Assembly: GCA_035512635.1 (NCBI GenBank)
Contig: DATKDR010000019.1
Span: 65,903 to 129,902, forward strand
From: Longimicrobiales bacterium
GTDB taxonomy: Bacteria; Gemmatimonadota; Gemmatimonadetes; Longimicrobiales; RSA9
Length of the DNA stretch: 64,000 bases
Reading direction: 5' to 3'
Made by a program: the position numbers and the translations under genes
Notes under the pieces: generated by a model
What the model was told of the DNA's origin: nothing
The model's database searches: none
Seen by the model: the letters and a program-made list of their open reading frames with translations, nothing else
Shown: piece after piece, positions 1 to 8,700 of the stretch
Position numbering within the stretch: position 1 is the first letter of the stretch
Layout of the letters: each line of letters opens with the position of its first letter

Positions 1-1150
1 GGTTCCACGAGAAGCGCTCGGCCACGAACGCGGCACCGGCCCGTCCGAGGCGCGCCGCCAGCTCGGGGCTGTCCGCCAGGCGGGCGATCGCGCGCGCCAG
101 CGCGTCCGCGTCACCGGGCGGGACCAGCAGCCCGGTTTCCTGGTCGCGCACCACGTCCGGAATGCCACCCGCATCGCTCGCGATCAGCGGCAGGCCGAAG
201 CCGCTCGCCTCGATGAGCACTACGCCGAGCCCTTCGACGTCGCCTTTCGCGTCGGAAACCGCCGGCAGCACGAACGCATCGGCTGCAGCGTAGAAGGACG
301 CCAGCCGCTCCTTGGGCACGAAGCCGTGGAAGCGGACTCGGTCACCCAGCCCCGCCTGCAGGGCCCGTTCGTCGAGCTCCGCCTCGAGCGGGCCGCCGCC
401 CACCACATCGAGCGTCACGGGACGCTTCGTCCGAGCCCGGGAAAGCGCGTCGAGAAGGTATCCGACCCCTTTTCGCTCGACCAGCCGCCCCACGAAGAGC
501 AGGCGGAAAGCGCGGGCGGGATCGGGCGATGCAACGGAGCGCTCCGGTTGGACCGGGTCGCCGATGGTGGCGCCGAACGGGATGCGGGCGACCGGCCGAT
601 CGTAAAACGACTGGACCAGGCGCGCCGTGTAGGAAGAATTCGCCGTGACCGCGTCCGACAACGCGATCATGCGCCGGAGAAGGGGACGGAGGACCCGCAT
701 GTCGCGGTTCACCCACGTCAGCTCGACCCCATGGAAGGTGCTTACGAGGGGAATCCGGCCCGCGCGTTTCGCCGCCAGCCCGAGGATGCCGTGCGGGATC
801 GGCCAGTGCACGTGCACGGCGTCGAAGCGCCCCGAGCGGGCGAGCCGCGCCGCCGCGAGCGAGCCGGCCGCCACATAGCCGGGCACGAGGCCGAGGTAGA
901 GCGGCTTCTCCCGCACCCGGTCCGGCGCCGTCTGGTCGTGCGTCAGGTCCTCCCAGAACGACGGCGCGTAGCGGAAGCGGTGAACCGGCACGCCGTCGAT
1001 CACCTGATCCGCCAGACCCCTGTACGACGGCGCCAGAACCTCGACGTCCACGCCGCGCCCGCGCAGCCGGCGAATCGTCTCGCTCAGCCACGGGGTGATG
1101 ACGTCGTCGCCGGAGCGGCTGTACGCGCTGACGATGTAAAGGATGCGCAC
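1..1150 (-). CDS. Glycosyltransferase family 4 (GT-B, group 1); 3' end runs off the window
   Basis: Not in the ORF track because it has no in-window stop. Own translation from GTG at 1148-1150: VRILYIVSAYSRSGDDVITPWL...LLFVGRLVERKGV...VVLIEASGFGLPLIASDAGGIPDVVRDQETGLLVPPGD. This is a typical GT4 C-terminal nucleotide-sugar region. Confidence 0.8.
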   Translation of the reverse strand, partial: MRILYIVSAYSRSGDDVITPWLSETIRRLRGRGVDVEVLAPSYRGLADQVIDGVPVHRFRYAPSFWEDLTHDQTAPDRVREKPLYLGLVPGYVAAGSLAAARLARSGRFDAVHVHWPIPHGILGLAAKRAGRIPLVSTFHGVELTWVNRDMRVLRPLLRRMIALSDAVTANSSYTARLVQSFYDRPVARIPFGATIGDPVQPERSVASPDPARAFRLLFVGRLVERKGVGYLLDALSRARTKRPVTLDVVGGGPLEAELDERALQAGLGDRVRFHGFVPKERLASFYAAADAFVLPAVSDAKGDVEGLGVVLIEASGFGLPLIASDAGGIPDVVRDQETGLLVPPGDADALARAIARLADSPELAARLGRAGAAFVAERFSWN

Positions 1151-1229
1151 GCTTGATCGGGAACGAAACGGCCGGTAACTTCCGCGGTTTCGGCAAGATA
1201 TCCGGCCCGTTCGCTAACCTCAAGTCAGC

Positions 1230-1961
1230 ATGGCAGATAACGCCGGCCGCGCGCTGGTGATCATCCCCACGTACAACGAACGCGAGAACGTCGAGCGCCT
1301 CACACGAGAGGTGCTCGAGCAGGATTCCCGCATCGATGTCCTGATCATCGACGACGCCTCGCCCGACGGCACAGGCCAGCTCGCCGACCGCCTGGCCGCG
1401 GCCACCCCGCGCATGCGCGTCCTCCACCGGCCGGGGAAGCTCGGGCTCGGCACCGCCTACCTGGATGGATTCCGCCTCGGGCTCGCCGAGGGCTACGACA
1501 TCCTCTTCGAGATGGATGCCGACTTCTCCCACGATCCCGCGCACCTGCCGCAGTTCCTGCGCGCCATCCGCGAATACGACCTCGTCCTGGGCTCGCGCTA
1601 CCTCCACGGCAGGGTCACCGTCATCAACTGGCCCATTACCCGCCTCATCCTCTCCTACGGCGCCAACGTCTACGCCCGCGCCGTCACTGGCCTTCCAGTG
1701 GCGGATGCAACGGGAGGCTTCAAGTGCTTTCGCCGCAGGGTCTTGGAGGACATCGCCTTAGACAAGGTCGAGAGCGAGGGCTACGCCTTCCAGATCGAGA
1801 TGAGCTTCCGCGCCTGGAAGCGCGGCTGGCGCATCGGCGAGATCCCCATCGTTTTCGTCGATCGCACCGCCGGCGAGTCCAAGATGTCCAAGCGCATCAT
1901 GCGCGAAGCCGTCTGGCGCGTCTGGAAGCTGCGCTTCGCGGCGATGGCGGGAAGGCTCTGA
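1230..1961 (+). CDS. Polyprenol/dolichol-phosphate mannosyltransferase-like GT2 glycosyltransferase
   Basis: Track ORF of 243 aa: VIIPTYNERENV...LIIDDASPDGTG...EMDADFSHDP...GGFKCFRR...EGYAFQIEM. These are the classic Ppm1/DPM1-type GT2 motifs. Confidence 0.85.
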   Translation: MADNAGRALVIIPTYNERENVERLTREVLEQDSRIDVLIIDDASPDGTGQLADRLAAATPRMRVLHRPGKLGLGTAYLDGFRLGLAEGYDILFEMDADFSHDPAHLPQFLRAIREYDLVLGSRYLHGRVTVINWPITRLILSYGANVYARAVTGLPVADATGGFKCFRRRVLEDIALDKVESEGYAFQIEMSFRAWKRGWRIGEIPIVFVDRTAGESKMSKRIMREAVWRVWKLRFAAMAGRL

Positions 1962-1968
1962 GACGTCC

Positions 1969-2063
1969 TTCGGCCATGCGCGGGGAGGCTCGGCGGGTCA
2001 TTCGGCCATGCGCGAGGATGGCTCGGCGGCCTGCCGGGAGAGGGTGCTTCCTTTTCGGCCATT
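1969..2063. repeat. Two ~32-nt imperfect tandem copies plus a partial third copy
   Basis: ttcggccatgcgcggggaggctcggcgg starts at 1969 and ttcggccatgcgcgaggatggctcggcgg at 2001. A partial copy, ttcggccatt, lies at 2054-2063. The tract starts just after the ppm stop. Confidence 0.7.
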
Positions 2064-2092
2064 CGAACTCGTCCAAAAGTCGAACACCGCCG

Positions 2093-2121
2093 CAGTCAAA
2101 ACCGCTTGTGCGACAAGCGGT
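2093..2121 (-). terminator. Intrinsic-terminator-like hairpin for a leftward transcript
   Basis: The minus strand reads ACCGCTTG-tcgca-CAAGCGGT, a perfect 8-bp stem, followed directly by TTTGAC so that GGTTTT spans the junction. Confidence 0.45.
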
Positions 2122-2478
2122 CTCGACACCCGCCGGTCTTCAGTTCTTGAATCATCCATAAGCAAAGTTTGACGGCCGGCGAGGCGCGAGCCGGCGGCAG
2201 ACGTCGAACGCAACACTTGAACGCCGAAACTTTAAAAGTGGAACGACGCGGAGCCGCGGGAGGCCCACGGCGAGCGCCAATCCCGCAGACGCCCCGATTC
2301 AAAGGTTGAATGAGATCGAATGCGCGAAAACGGCATAGAAACCCGCGGCGGGCGTGGGAGCAGGGCGGAGCCGATGGGAATGGTCGCGCCATCAGTGGGT
2401 CGGTCGCCAGCAGGGCTGGCATAAGCCATTGAATGGCCTCAACTGGACCGTGCGTCGCTTGAGGTTTACGTAATGTGT

Positions 2479-2507
2479 ATTATGCGCAGTCGAGGCGGGA
2501 CAGAGAA
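2479..2507 (-). promoter_or_regulatory. Candidate sigma70-like promoter, leftward
   Basis: Minus strand reads TTCTCT-17 nt-CATAAT. It sits in the only AT-rich patch of the gap, next to the palindrome TTACGTAA (2466-2473). The -35 is weak. Confidence 0.25.
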
Positions 2508-2554
2508 GGCGTGCTAAAGCGCCGGCCAGGAGGACGAGCTCCCGGGTAGCCGAG

Positions 2555-2596
2555 GCAGCCGGAAGCCGACGGCCGGACGCAGCCGGAGGCCGACGG
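2555..2596. repeat. Two 18-nt near-identical copies with a 24-nt period
   Basis: gcagccggaagccgacgg at 2555-2572 and gcagccggaggccgacgg at 2579-2596. They lie immediately 3' of the stop of the minus-strand gene ending at 2597. Confidence 0.7.
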
Positions 2597-3295
2597 CTAG
2601 GAGCCTGACCTCGACGCCGTGGCGATCTCCGTGCGGCGCATCTCGTAGACGTCGCGTTCCGCGGAGCCCTCCTCGGTGAGGGCGATGAGGCGGTCGTAGA
2701 GCTCGATGGCGCCGGCGGCATCACCGCGCTCGGCGCGGATGCGGGCGGCGTCCTCGAGGGCCTCGCGCTGCTGGAAATCGAGGGCGGCGTCGGCGGCGAC
2801 GCGCAGGTAGGCCTGTTCGGCCTGCTCGGGCTGTCCGGCGGCCTCGTATGCGCCGGCGAGGAGCAGGCCGGCGGACGAGGCGATCATGTCGTCGCCTTCG
2901 TCGGCGAGCGGGCGGATGGCCTCGACGGCCTGTGCGGCGTTGCCCTGCGCGAGCTGGAGCTGACCGAGGAGCAGTCGAGCCTCCGCGGCGGCGGGAGTGC
3001 CGCCGAAGCGTTCGATGAAGTCTTCCAGCCGGTTCACGGCGCTCGGAAAATCGCCGCTGGCGACGGTCTGACGAACCTCGAGCAGCTCGGTGGCTGCGCG
3101 GCCGCGCAGTTCGGCGCGGTAGTTCACGTATTGGACCGCAGCAAAGACGGCGATGCCCAGGATGATGAGGCCGACGATGACGGCGCGGCTGTGATTGCGG
3201 GTCCAGGCGGAGGCTTCGACGACCTTGGCGATGACGACGTCGTCCGGTCCGGAGCTGATGGCCGGCGGCCGGCGTGACGTGGGATGTCGTGTCAT
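2597..3295 (-). CDS. Membrane-anchored TPR-like protein (YfgM-like architecture)
   Basis: Track ORF 2597..3487 trimmed to the ATG at 3293-3295 (MTRHPTS...). It has one TM segment (AVIVGLIILGIAVFAAVQYV) followed by Ala/Leu-rich helical repeats (AEARLLLGQLQLAQGNAAQAVEAI...). Confidence 0.55.
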   Translation of the reverse strand: MTRHPTSRRPPAISSGPDDVVIAKVVEASAWTRNHSRAVIVGLIILGIAVFAAVQYVNYRAELRGRAATELLEVRQTVASGDFPSAVNRLEDFIERFGGTPAAAEARLLLGQLQLAQGNAAQAVEAIRPLADEGDDMIASSAGLLLAGAYEAAGQPEQAEQAYLRVAADAALDFQQREALEDAARIRAERGDAAGAIELYDRLIALTEEGSAERDVYEMRRTEIATASRSGS

Positions 3296-3517
3296 GTGAG
3301 GGATTCGAGCGAGCCAGTCATAGCGAGTGAGGACGGGTACCGGCGCAAACGGAACGCCCGCGAAGCCGAGGCTGCCGCGGGCGTGACGGGCCGGACGTCG
3401 GACGGGCGGAAGTGTAGCGCTGGTGCGGGTTTCAGTCAAGCGAGGGGTGGCGTGGCGCTTGCGTCGGAGCAGGCCGGGGACAGGCACGGGAGATGGGTGG
3501 CGAGGAGCCGTGAATCC

Positions 3518-5746
3518 ATGAAGCGTGGCGGTGCGCAGTACGGCCGCGGCCGCCGCACCGCACGCGGTGTGGTGGCCGTGCTACCGTTGCTCTACGCCCT
3601 GAGCGGGTGCACCGCCCGCACGCCCGGCGCCGAGCGTTTTCCGGAGCTCGAGGATCATGCGGGCTCGGAGGTCGTGGCCTTGCGCTTCGTGGCGCCGGCG
3701 CCGTTCAGCGCCGACAGTCTGGCCGAGCTGATCGAGACGGAAGCGACACACTGCGACTTGCTGGGTTTGGGATTCTGCCTGCCCTTCACCGACATTGGCG
3801 AGGAGACGGTGCGGCTGGACCTGAACCTGGTGGCGCAGGACGTCGACCGCCTGGCGTTGTTCTATCGGCGGAGCGGCTTCCTGGGCACGCGGGTGCTGCC
3901 GGACGTCGACGTGCGGGGCGAGGACGCGGTGGCCGTGAGCTTCATCATCCTGAGGGGCGATTCGGTGCTGGTCGATTCCCTGCTGATCGAGGGCGCGGAA
4001 GAGGTTCTCGACACTGCGGCGATTCGCCGGAAGCTGCCGCTCGCCGAGGGCGATCTCTTCGACACGGACGAGTTCCTGGCGTCGGCGGACACCCTGCTCG
4101 CGGCGCTGCACGAGCGCGGGCACGCGAATGCGGAGGTGCTGCGCAACTACGCGGCCGACACGGTGAGCGACCGTGCGACGGTGTGGCTGGTCGCGATCCC
4201 GGGGCCCGTGGTGCGGGTGGATTCGATCATCGTGCGGGGCGGCGGCCGGTTGGGACGCACGAACGCGCTGCGGCAGCTCGCGGTGCGGGAAGGCGCGCTG
4301 TTGCGGGCGCGCGACCTGTCGGAGAGCCAGCGCAATCTGTTTTCGCTGGACCTCATCCAGTTCGCGACGGTGACGGTGGCGCCCGACTCGCTCCAGCAGG
4401 ACACGGCTTCCGCGAGCGAGACGGTCCTGGTGCAGATCTCGGAGACCCCCGTCTATCTGGTGGAGGCCGCGGCGGGCTACGGCACTGTGGACTGCATGCG
4501 TGCGCAGACGCGCTGGACGAGTCGCAGCTTCATGGGCGGTGCGCGCCGGCTGGTGTTGAGCGGGTCGGTGTCGAAGCTCGGCATCGGGCAGCCCCTCGAC
4601 CTCGGCCTGAGCAACTCGATGTGCCGGGCGTACCGGGACGACGAGTTCGGCAACACGCTCGACTACCGTGTCGCGGCGGATCTGAACCAGCCGTACTTCC
4701 TGTCGCCGCTGAATCGGCTGAACGGGACGCTCTTCGCGGAGCGCCAGTCGGAGCCCAGCCTCTATCAGCGGCAGGCGTATGGTGCGGAGGCCGCGCTCAC
4801 GCGTCGTCTGCACCTGCGCGACATCATCGGCTTCGCAGCCAAGGCGGAGTACCGGCGCACGCTCGCGTCGGAGGCTGTCTACTGCTTCGCCCTGGCCGTG
4901 TGCCAGGAATCGGAGCTGCTCGCGCTTGGCGAGTTCCACTGGCGCAACGCGGTGAGCGCGACCTACCTGCGCGACCGCGCGAACAGCCCGATCGATCCGT
5001 CGCGCGGGTACATCGCACGCTTCGCCCTGGAGTACGCGCCGAACTTTTTCGGCACGAAAGTCGACTTCGCGCGCCTGACGGTGGAGGGGTCGCGCTACTT
5101 CCCCATCGGCCGGGACTGGGTGCTGGCGACGAGGCTGCGCATAGGCGACTTCCTCGGCACTGCCCACATCGTTCCGGACGGCGATGTGGACGTCGGTGAG
5201 CTGCTTCCGCCCGAGGAGCGATTCTACGCCGGCGGCGCCACCACGGTGCGCGGCTACGGCCGCAACGAGATGGGCACGGAAGAGGCGTCGGGTGTCTACG
5301 TCGCGGAGCAGACGCGCGTGAATCCGGAATTCGGCGGCATCCCCAAGGGGTTCGGTCCGCAGGGGGACATCGCCTTCGTGCCGCTGGGCGGTACCGCGGT
5401 CGCCATTGCGAGCGCCGAGCTGAGGATGCCGGCGCCCTTTCTCAGCGACCTGCTGGGCCTCGCCTTCTTCGTCGACGCGGGCGCGCTCAGCACGGGGAGC
5501 GTGATCGACATCGAGTTCCAGGATCTCCGCTACACGCCCGGTGCCGGGCTGCGCATCCGCACGCCCGTCGGACCCGCGCGCTTCGATGTCGCGATTCGGC
5601 CGCACGGCCCGCCGACCGCGCCGCTGCTGGCACCGGATCCTCTGGATCCCGACCGCCTGATCCAGATCGACGATAATTTCGCGCGGGACGAGTCCGGGCT
5701 CTTCCGGCGGTTGCAATTCCACCTGGCCGTCGGGCAGGCGTTCTGA
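3518..5746 (+). CDS. tamA: Omp85-family TamA-like protein with lipoprotein signal peptide (TamL-type)
   Basis: Track ORF 3284..5746 trimmed to the ATG at 3518. Basic n-region, h-region and lipobox LLYALSG|C. POTRA-like N-terminal half. The barrel half carries RFYAGGATTVRGY and ends ...FHLAVGQAF. Its stop overlaps the next start (TGATG). Confidence 0.7.
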   Translation: MKRGGAQYGRGRRTARGVVAVLPLLYALSGCTARTPGAERFPELEDHAGSEVVALRFVAPAPFSADSLAELIETEATHCDLLGLGFCLPFTDIGEETVRLDLNLVAQDVDRLALFYRRSGFLGTRVLPDVDVRGEDAVAVSFIILRGDSVLVDSLLIEGAEEVLDTAAIRRKLPLAEGDLFDTDEFLASADTLLAALHERGHANAEVLRNYAADTVSDRATVWLVAIPGPVVRVDSIIVRGGGRLGRTNALRQLAVREGALLRARDLSESQRNLFSLDLIQFATVTVAPDSLQQDTASASETVLVQISETPVYLVEAAAGYGTVDCMRAQTRWTSRSFMGGARRLVLSGSVSKLGIGQPLDLGLSNSMCRAYRDDEFGNTLDYRVAADLNQPYFLSPLNRLNGTLFAERQSEPSLYQRQAYGAEAALTRRLHLRDIIGFAAKAEYRRTLASEAVYCFALAVCQESELLALGEFHWRNAVSATYLRDRANSPIDPSRGYIARFALEYAPNFFGTKVDFARLTVEGSRYFPIGRDWVLATRLRIGDFLGTAHIVPDGDVDVGELLPPEERFYAGGATTVRGYGRNEMGTEEASGVYVAEQTRVNPEFGGIPKGFGPQGDIAFVPLGGTAVAIASAELRMPAPFLSDLLGLAFFVDAGALSTGSVIDIEFQDLRYTPGAGLRIRTPVGPARFDVAIRPHGPPTAPLLAPDPLDPDRLIQIDDNFARDESGLFRRLQFHLAVGQAF

Positions 5747-8700
5747 TGCGGATCGAGCGACCCTCGGCCGGCACACCGGGCGCGAGCGGCGGCATGATCG
5801 CGGCGTGGGCCTTCCTCGGCTTCGCCGTCGTGCTCCTGTTCACGAACGAGGAGGACCCCGAGGTCGAACGGAGCACCGGCCCCAGGGAGACGGTCGTCGC
5901 GGTGAAGGATCTGGAGGAGCGCGTCGCCGAAAAGCTCGGGGACCGGGAGGTGCCGCTCTCGGCGCCCGGCCGACCGCTTCGCATCGTCGCGTCCGAGGTC
6001 CGCTGGCGGAACGCCGCCGGCGAGCGCTGGCTGACCGTCGAGCGGGTGTCCGCGTCGGTGCGCGCCGGCGTGCTGACCGGCGGCGCCATCGTGCTCGAAG
6101 CGGTCGAGGTCGCGTCGCCGGTCCTGCGGCTGCGCCAGGCCCCGTCGGGTCAGTGGAACCTCGCCGGTGTTTTCCGGCCGGGTGACGGCGACGGCGGCGA
6201 TGACGGCGCGGGTGGCGGCGCAGGCGGGGGCGTCGAGCTGCGCGAGGTGCGCGTGCGCGGCGGCCGCGTGTCGATCAGCACGCCGGGGCGCGCCTACGAG
6301 GCGACACGCGTTTCCGCCGTCGTTCCCGTCGCGCGCTTCGGCGGCTCGAGCGCTGCCAGCCCCTTCATTCGACTGGCTTCGGTCGACGCGTCGGTCTCGG
6401 GCGCGATCCCGGGACCTCCGCAGAGCCTCAGCCTGCGCGGCGCGACGATCAGCGGCCGACCGGACGGTCTCGAGTTCGGCGTGGGCCGCCTCGCGCTCGA
6501 TGAATCGGTAGTGACGGACGTGGAGGGCCTGTTGTCCTCCGCCCTTCCCGATCCCGGTCTGCGCGCGCGTGGACGCGCGCCAAACATCCAGTTCGCGGAC
6601 ATCCATCGTCTGCTGCCGGAGTTTCCCGAGAGCGGCGTCGCCTCCTTCGAGTGGTCGGTGAACCCACTCGGCGCCGGGAGGCTGGCCGTACAGCTCAAGG
6701 GCATGGACGTGCGCTCGGACGATTCGCATCTGGCCGGCACGACTACGATCATCGTGGGCGGGGAGACGATCGAGCTGGGCGAGGTGGACGTCATCCTGGA
6801 TCCACTCGAGCTCGCCTTCCTGGAGCAGTTCACCGGTCCCCTTCCCTACGCGGGCACGGTCAGGGGATCGGTCGTCGGCAGCGGTGAGCGGCTCCGCTTC
6901 GACGTGGCGACCGCGCTGCGGGCGGAAGGCGTAGACGACCCGATCCTCGCTCGCCTGCAAGGCTCGATCGCGCTGCGCGGCTTCGAGCCGACGATTCAGA
7001 ATGTCGTGGCGACCGTGGATTCGCTGCCGCTGCGCACGCTGCGCTCGATCGTGCCGGCGCTGCCGCTGCGAGGAATCGTGTCTGGCACCGTCAGCTTCGC
7101 GGGGATGCCGGGCCAGGGGCCGCTCCGCATCGACGCGACCGTCCGCCTGCCCGAGGGATCAATCGAGCTCGATGGTACGGTCCGCCTGGGCGCGGTGCCG
7201 TCGTACGACCTGACCGGCAGTCTGGTGGACGTACGCCTCCGCGAGCTGCTCGAGCCGTCCTTCCCGCCCGTGCTGCTCGACGCGCGTTTCACGCTCGCCG
7301 GCACGGGCACCGACCCGGCCAGCGCGGACGCGCGCCTCTCCCTGTCGGGACGCTTTTCCGGCTGGCAGGCGGGCGCCGCCGACCTGGTCGTCGTGAACGC
7401 GACGTTGCGCGACGGCACGCTCGCGATCGAGCGCGCGGCGGCCCGTCTGGCCACGCTGGACGCACGCGTCGAAGGTGAATGGCGCCTGGCGGAACCGTCG
7501 GCGGGCGCGCTCCGCTACACGCTGAACGTCGGCTCGCTGGAGCCGTTCGGTCCGTACCTGCCGGGACCCGCCGACCAGGGCGCCGGCAGCCTCGCCGCGG
7601 AAGGGACCATCTCGGGCTCGCTCGATCGACTCGCCGTCACCAGCGACATCCGTGCGAGCGACTTCCAGTACGGCGACTACGCCGCGCGCTCGTTCGTGGG
7701 GCGACTCGAGTACGCCGCAGGCGATTCACTGCCGCGCATCCTGCTGGATGCGGAGGCCGAAGGTATCGTCACGGCGACGCTGGGCAACTACGAGAGCGGG
7801 ACCGCCGAGATCGTGCTGGACGCCGAGCGGTTCAACGCGGAGCTCCACGCGTTGAGGCCGGGCGGTGGCGTGGTCGAGGTGGTCGCCGACGGACGCGTCG
7901 GCGGACCGGCCGGGAGCGACCTCGTCGTGCGGCGCGCCCTCATCGACATGAACGAGGAGCGCTGGACCCTGACCCGGCCGGCGGCCATCGAGCTCGGCGG
8001 CGGCGGCATGCGGGTCGACACGCTGGCCATGGCCCAGGTAGAGGGACCGGGCCTGCTGCTGGTGAGCGGGCGGCTCCTGCCGCTCGACAGCGCCGACTTC
8101 AGCTACGATCTGCGCGCGCTCCCGGTCGGCGAGATCCAGCGGCTGCTGGGTCGTGATCCCGTGCTCACGGGTCGTATCTGGTCGGAAGGCCGCTTCGAGG
8201 CTCGCGGCACGCCGACCTTCGCGCTCGAATTCCGCATCGCGGACGCGGTCGCGGCCGGCGTGCCGATCCTCCGACTGGAAGGCGTCACCTCGTTCAGCGG
8301 CAGCAGCCTGCACGTCGTCGCCAGCGGCGCGCTCACGGACACCGCGGGGACGATCGAGGCCGACATCACCTTCCCGCTGGTCGTCGGAGTCGCCGACTCG
8401 ATCGACTTCGGCATGAACGAGGCGGGTCGCGTCGAGGGTCGCGTGCGCGTCGACCGGTTCCCGCTCGCCGTCGTTGCCGGCTTCACGAACGCGGTGACCC
8501 AGGCGGTCGGCTCCGTCTCCGGTACCGTCCGCTTCGGCGGCACGATCGAGGCGCCCAGCCTCGATGGTTCGCTCGCCCTGAACGACGTCGCCTTCTCGGT
8601 GCCCTCGCTGGATCAGCGCTTCGAGAGCCTCACCGGCGGCGTCGAATTCGCGGGACGCCGCGCCGAGCTGGTCGACGTGGTGGCACGCGCCGGCGGTACT

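Noticed and set aside
326-1607. Track ORFs 326..1156 (+) and 342..1607 (-) covering the first kilobase.
   Set aside because: Both have junk composition. The third minus-strand frame gives a clean GT4 glycosyltransferase. It is absent from the track only because its stop lies outside the window.
1998-2429. Minus-strand ORFs of 72, 108 and 65 aa in the convergent gap.
   Set aside because: They have no SD or signal features and no family resemblance. They are Arg/Cys/Pro-rich, mutually overlapping frames and cross the terminator hairpin.
2095-2472. Tested whether the candidate RNA is tmRNA, RNase P RNA or SRP RNA.
   Set aside because: I found no GGGG...CCACCA acceptor or tag-peptide frame ending in ..LAA. 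I also found no GGAAAGUCCGG P4 motif and no GGAA-tetraloop/AGCAGCC SRP domain IV motif on either strand. The identity stays unknown, so it is reported only as a candidate.
1969-2596. Short tandem repeats as a possible CRISPR array. The repeat cluster at 29715-29765 was considered too.
   Set aside because: There are only two to four copies, the repeats abut each other or are separated by only a few nucleotides with no unique spacers of 25-40 nt, and no cas genes are nearby.
3581-5776. 731-aa minus-strand ORF antisense to tamA. Similar long antisense ORFs occur at 7726..9759, 24886..27105, 31038..33110, 46117..48657 and 48798..52319 (1173 aa).
   Set aside because: All are Arg/Ala/Gly/Pro/His-rich with no recognisable motif. 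Each lies exactly opposite a gene with strong family signatures. Long stop-free antisense frames are expected in very GC-rich DNA.
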